From positions 110,836,440-110,900,439 of the forward strand of contig JAUZTB010000076.1 of assembly GCA_034780895.1 (NCBI GenBank): a DNA stretch of 64,000 nucleotides, read 5' to 3'. This document shows, piece by piece, positions 63,056 through 64,000 of this stretch (the first letter of the stretch is position 1; each line of letters begins with the position of its first letter). The notes beneath the pieces are model-generated. The model was not told the origin of the DNA. It did not search any database and worked only from the letters and a program-made list of their open reading frames with translations. The translations under genes and the position numbers were made by a program. This stretch comes from Rhynchobatus australiae (taxonomy: Eukaryota).

Positions 63056-64000
63056 TTACCAAACAATTTTTTAAAAAAGTGTAGGGGACCTTGGGCTTTA
63101 GAAATGGAGGTATAGAGAACAAGAGCAAGGAATTCCTGTTCAATCTTAGTAATACATTGGGTTTGTCACAGCCGGAGTATGCCTATTTCCAGGCAGTGTA
63201 ATTTAGCAAAGATGTAAAGGCCTTAGAGGGGGTGCACAAGAAATTTACTAGAATAATTCCAGTAACGAGAGACTTCAGTTATGTGACCTGACTGGAAAAG
63301 CTGCTAACTCCTGATTTTACTGAACTGGCAGAGGAAGTAAGTTGGGTTTTGGATTGTGACAGGGGTAGGTAGAGAGGATTGGAGGAACAGAGAAGAGGAT
63401 TGGGGGTGGGGTGGTGGGGGTAGGGTGAGAGAAGATTGGACTGTAGTGTGCCTGGAGTCATGATCAGAGTCAGCCTGGGAAAGAATGGAGCCATGTTTGT
63501 GCTGACGATTATGTTGGGATTGGACAGACAGGTAGCCAAGTATTAGTGGTTGGGATGTACCAGGTACCTGATCACATTTAACAACCCATATTTTGATAAA
63601 ATTGTAGGCAAAAAGGTTGCATTACCCAAAAAGGCTTTTTTAGACCCATTTATCAGACTTTTCCACTTTAGCAATGTGGTCTTTTTTTGTCAGATAACTT
63701 GTATCATGAGTTATGGAGTTAATTAGATCATGGCTGATCTATATCTTAAATGGAGGAGCTGGCTTTAGGGCCTAAGTAACTTATTCTTGTTCTAAACTCC
63801 CAAAGTTCCAAATTGCCACTCAGTTCTTCAGAAAGGGATAAACAAAGGTAGTCAATAACATTTAGTGGGTGATAAAGGCACAGCAATTTACATTAAAAAA
63901 AAATTAAATCAATCTACTTGCCTCGACTAGGAGTCGAAGTTTCCAGACTCGGAGGTTATTGCAGGTAATTACAAATATTTAATCTTTCTAGGTTCCAGCT

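Overview
Vertebrate genomic DNA, very probably from a cartilaginous fish (shark or ray), inferred from its V-domain SINE, Deu-type SINE, CR1, Rex-Babar and Penelope-like repeats. It is a draft assembly with several N gaps. The only host gene I can support is PKDCC (VLK, secretory-pathway tyrosine kinase) on the + strand. Coding exons 1, 2, 3 and 5 are readable with canonical GT-AG junctions (22022-22744, 36623-36745, 39286-39557, 45213-45320). Exon 4 is required by splice phase but is not visible, and probably lies in an N gap. Exons 6-7 were not found. A CpG-rich, repeat-poor domain of about 10 kb surrounds the promoter and exon 1; the rest is intergenic or intronic DNA with decayed retroelements. 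The most unusual object is in intron 1 (34630-35686). It is an LTR whose tRNA-Pro primer-binding site runs on into a 69-nt antisense copy of almost the whole mature tRNA-Pro. That copy carries CCA, a GGG anticodon (as expected from reverse-transcribed inosine-34) and a mismatch exactly opposite m1A58. A second LTR-type end follows, and a 4-bp target-site duplication flanks the whole unit. All family and gene assignments are from recalled motifs, not database searches, and repeat boundaries are approximate.
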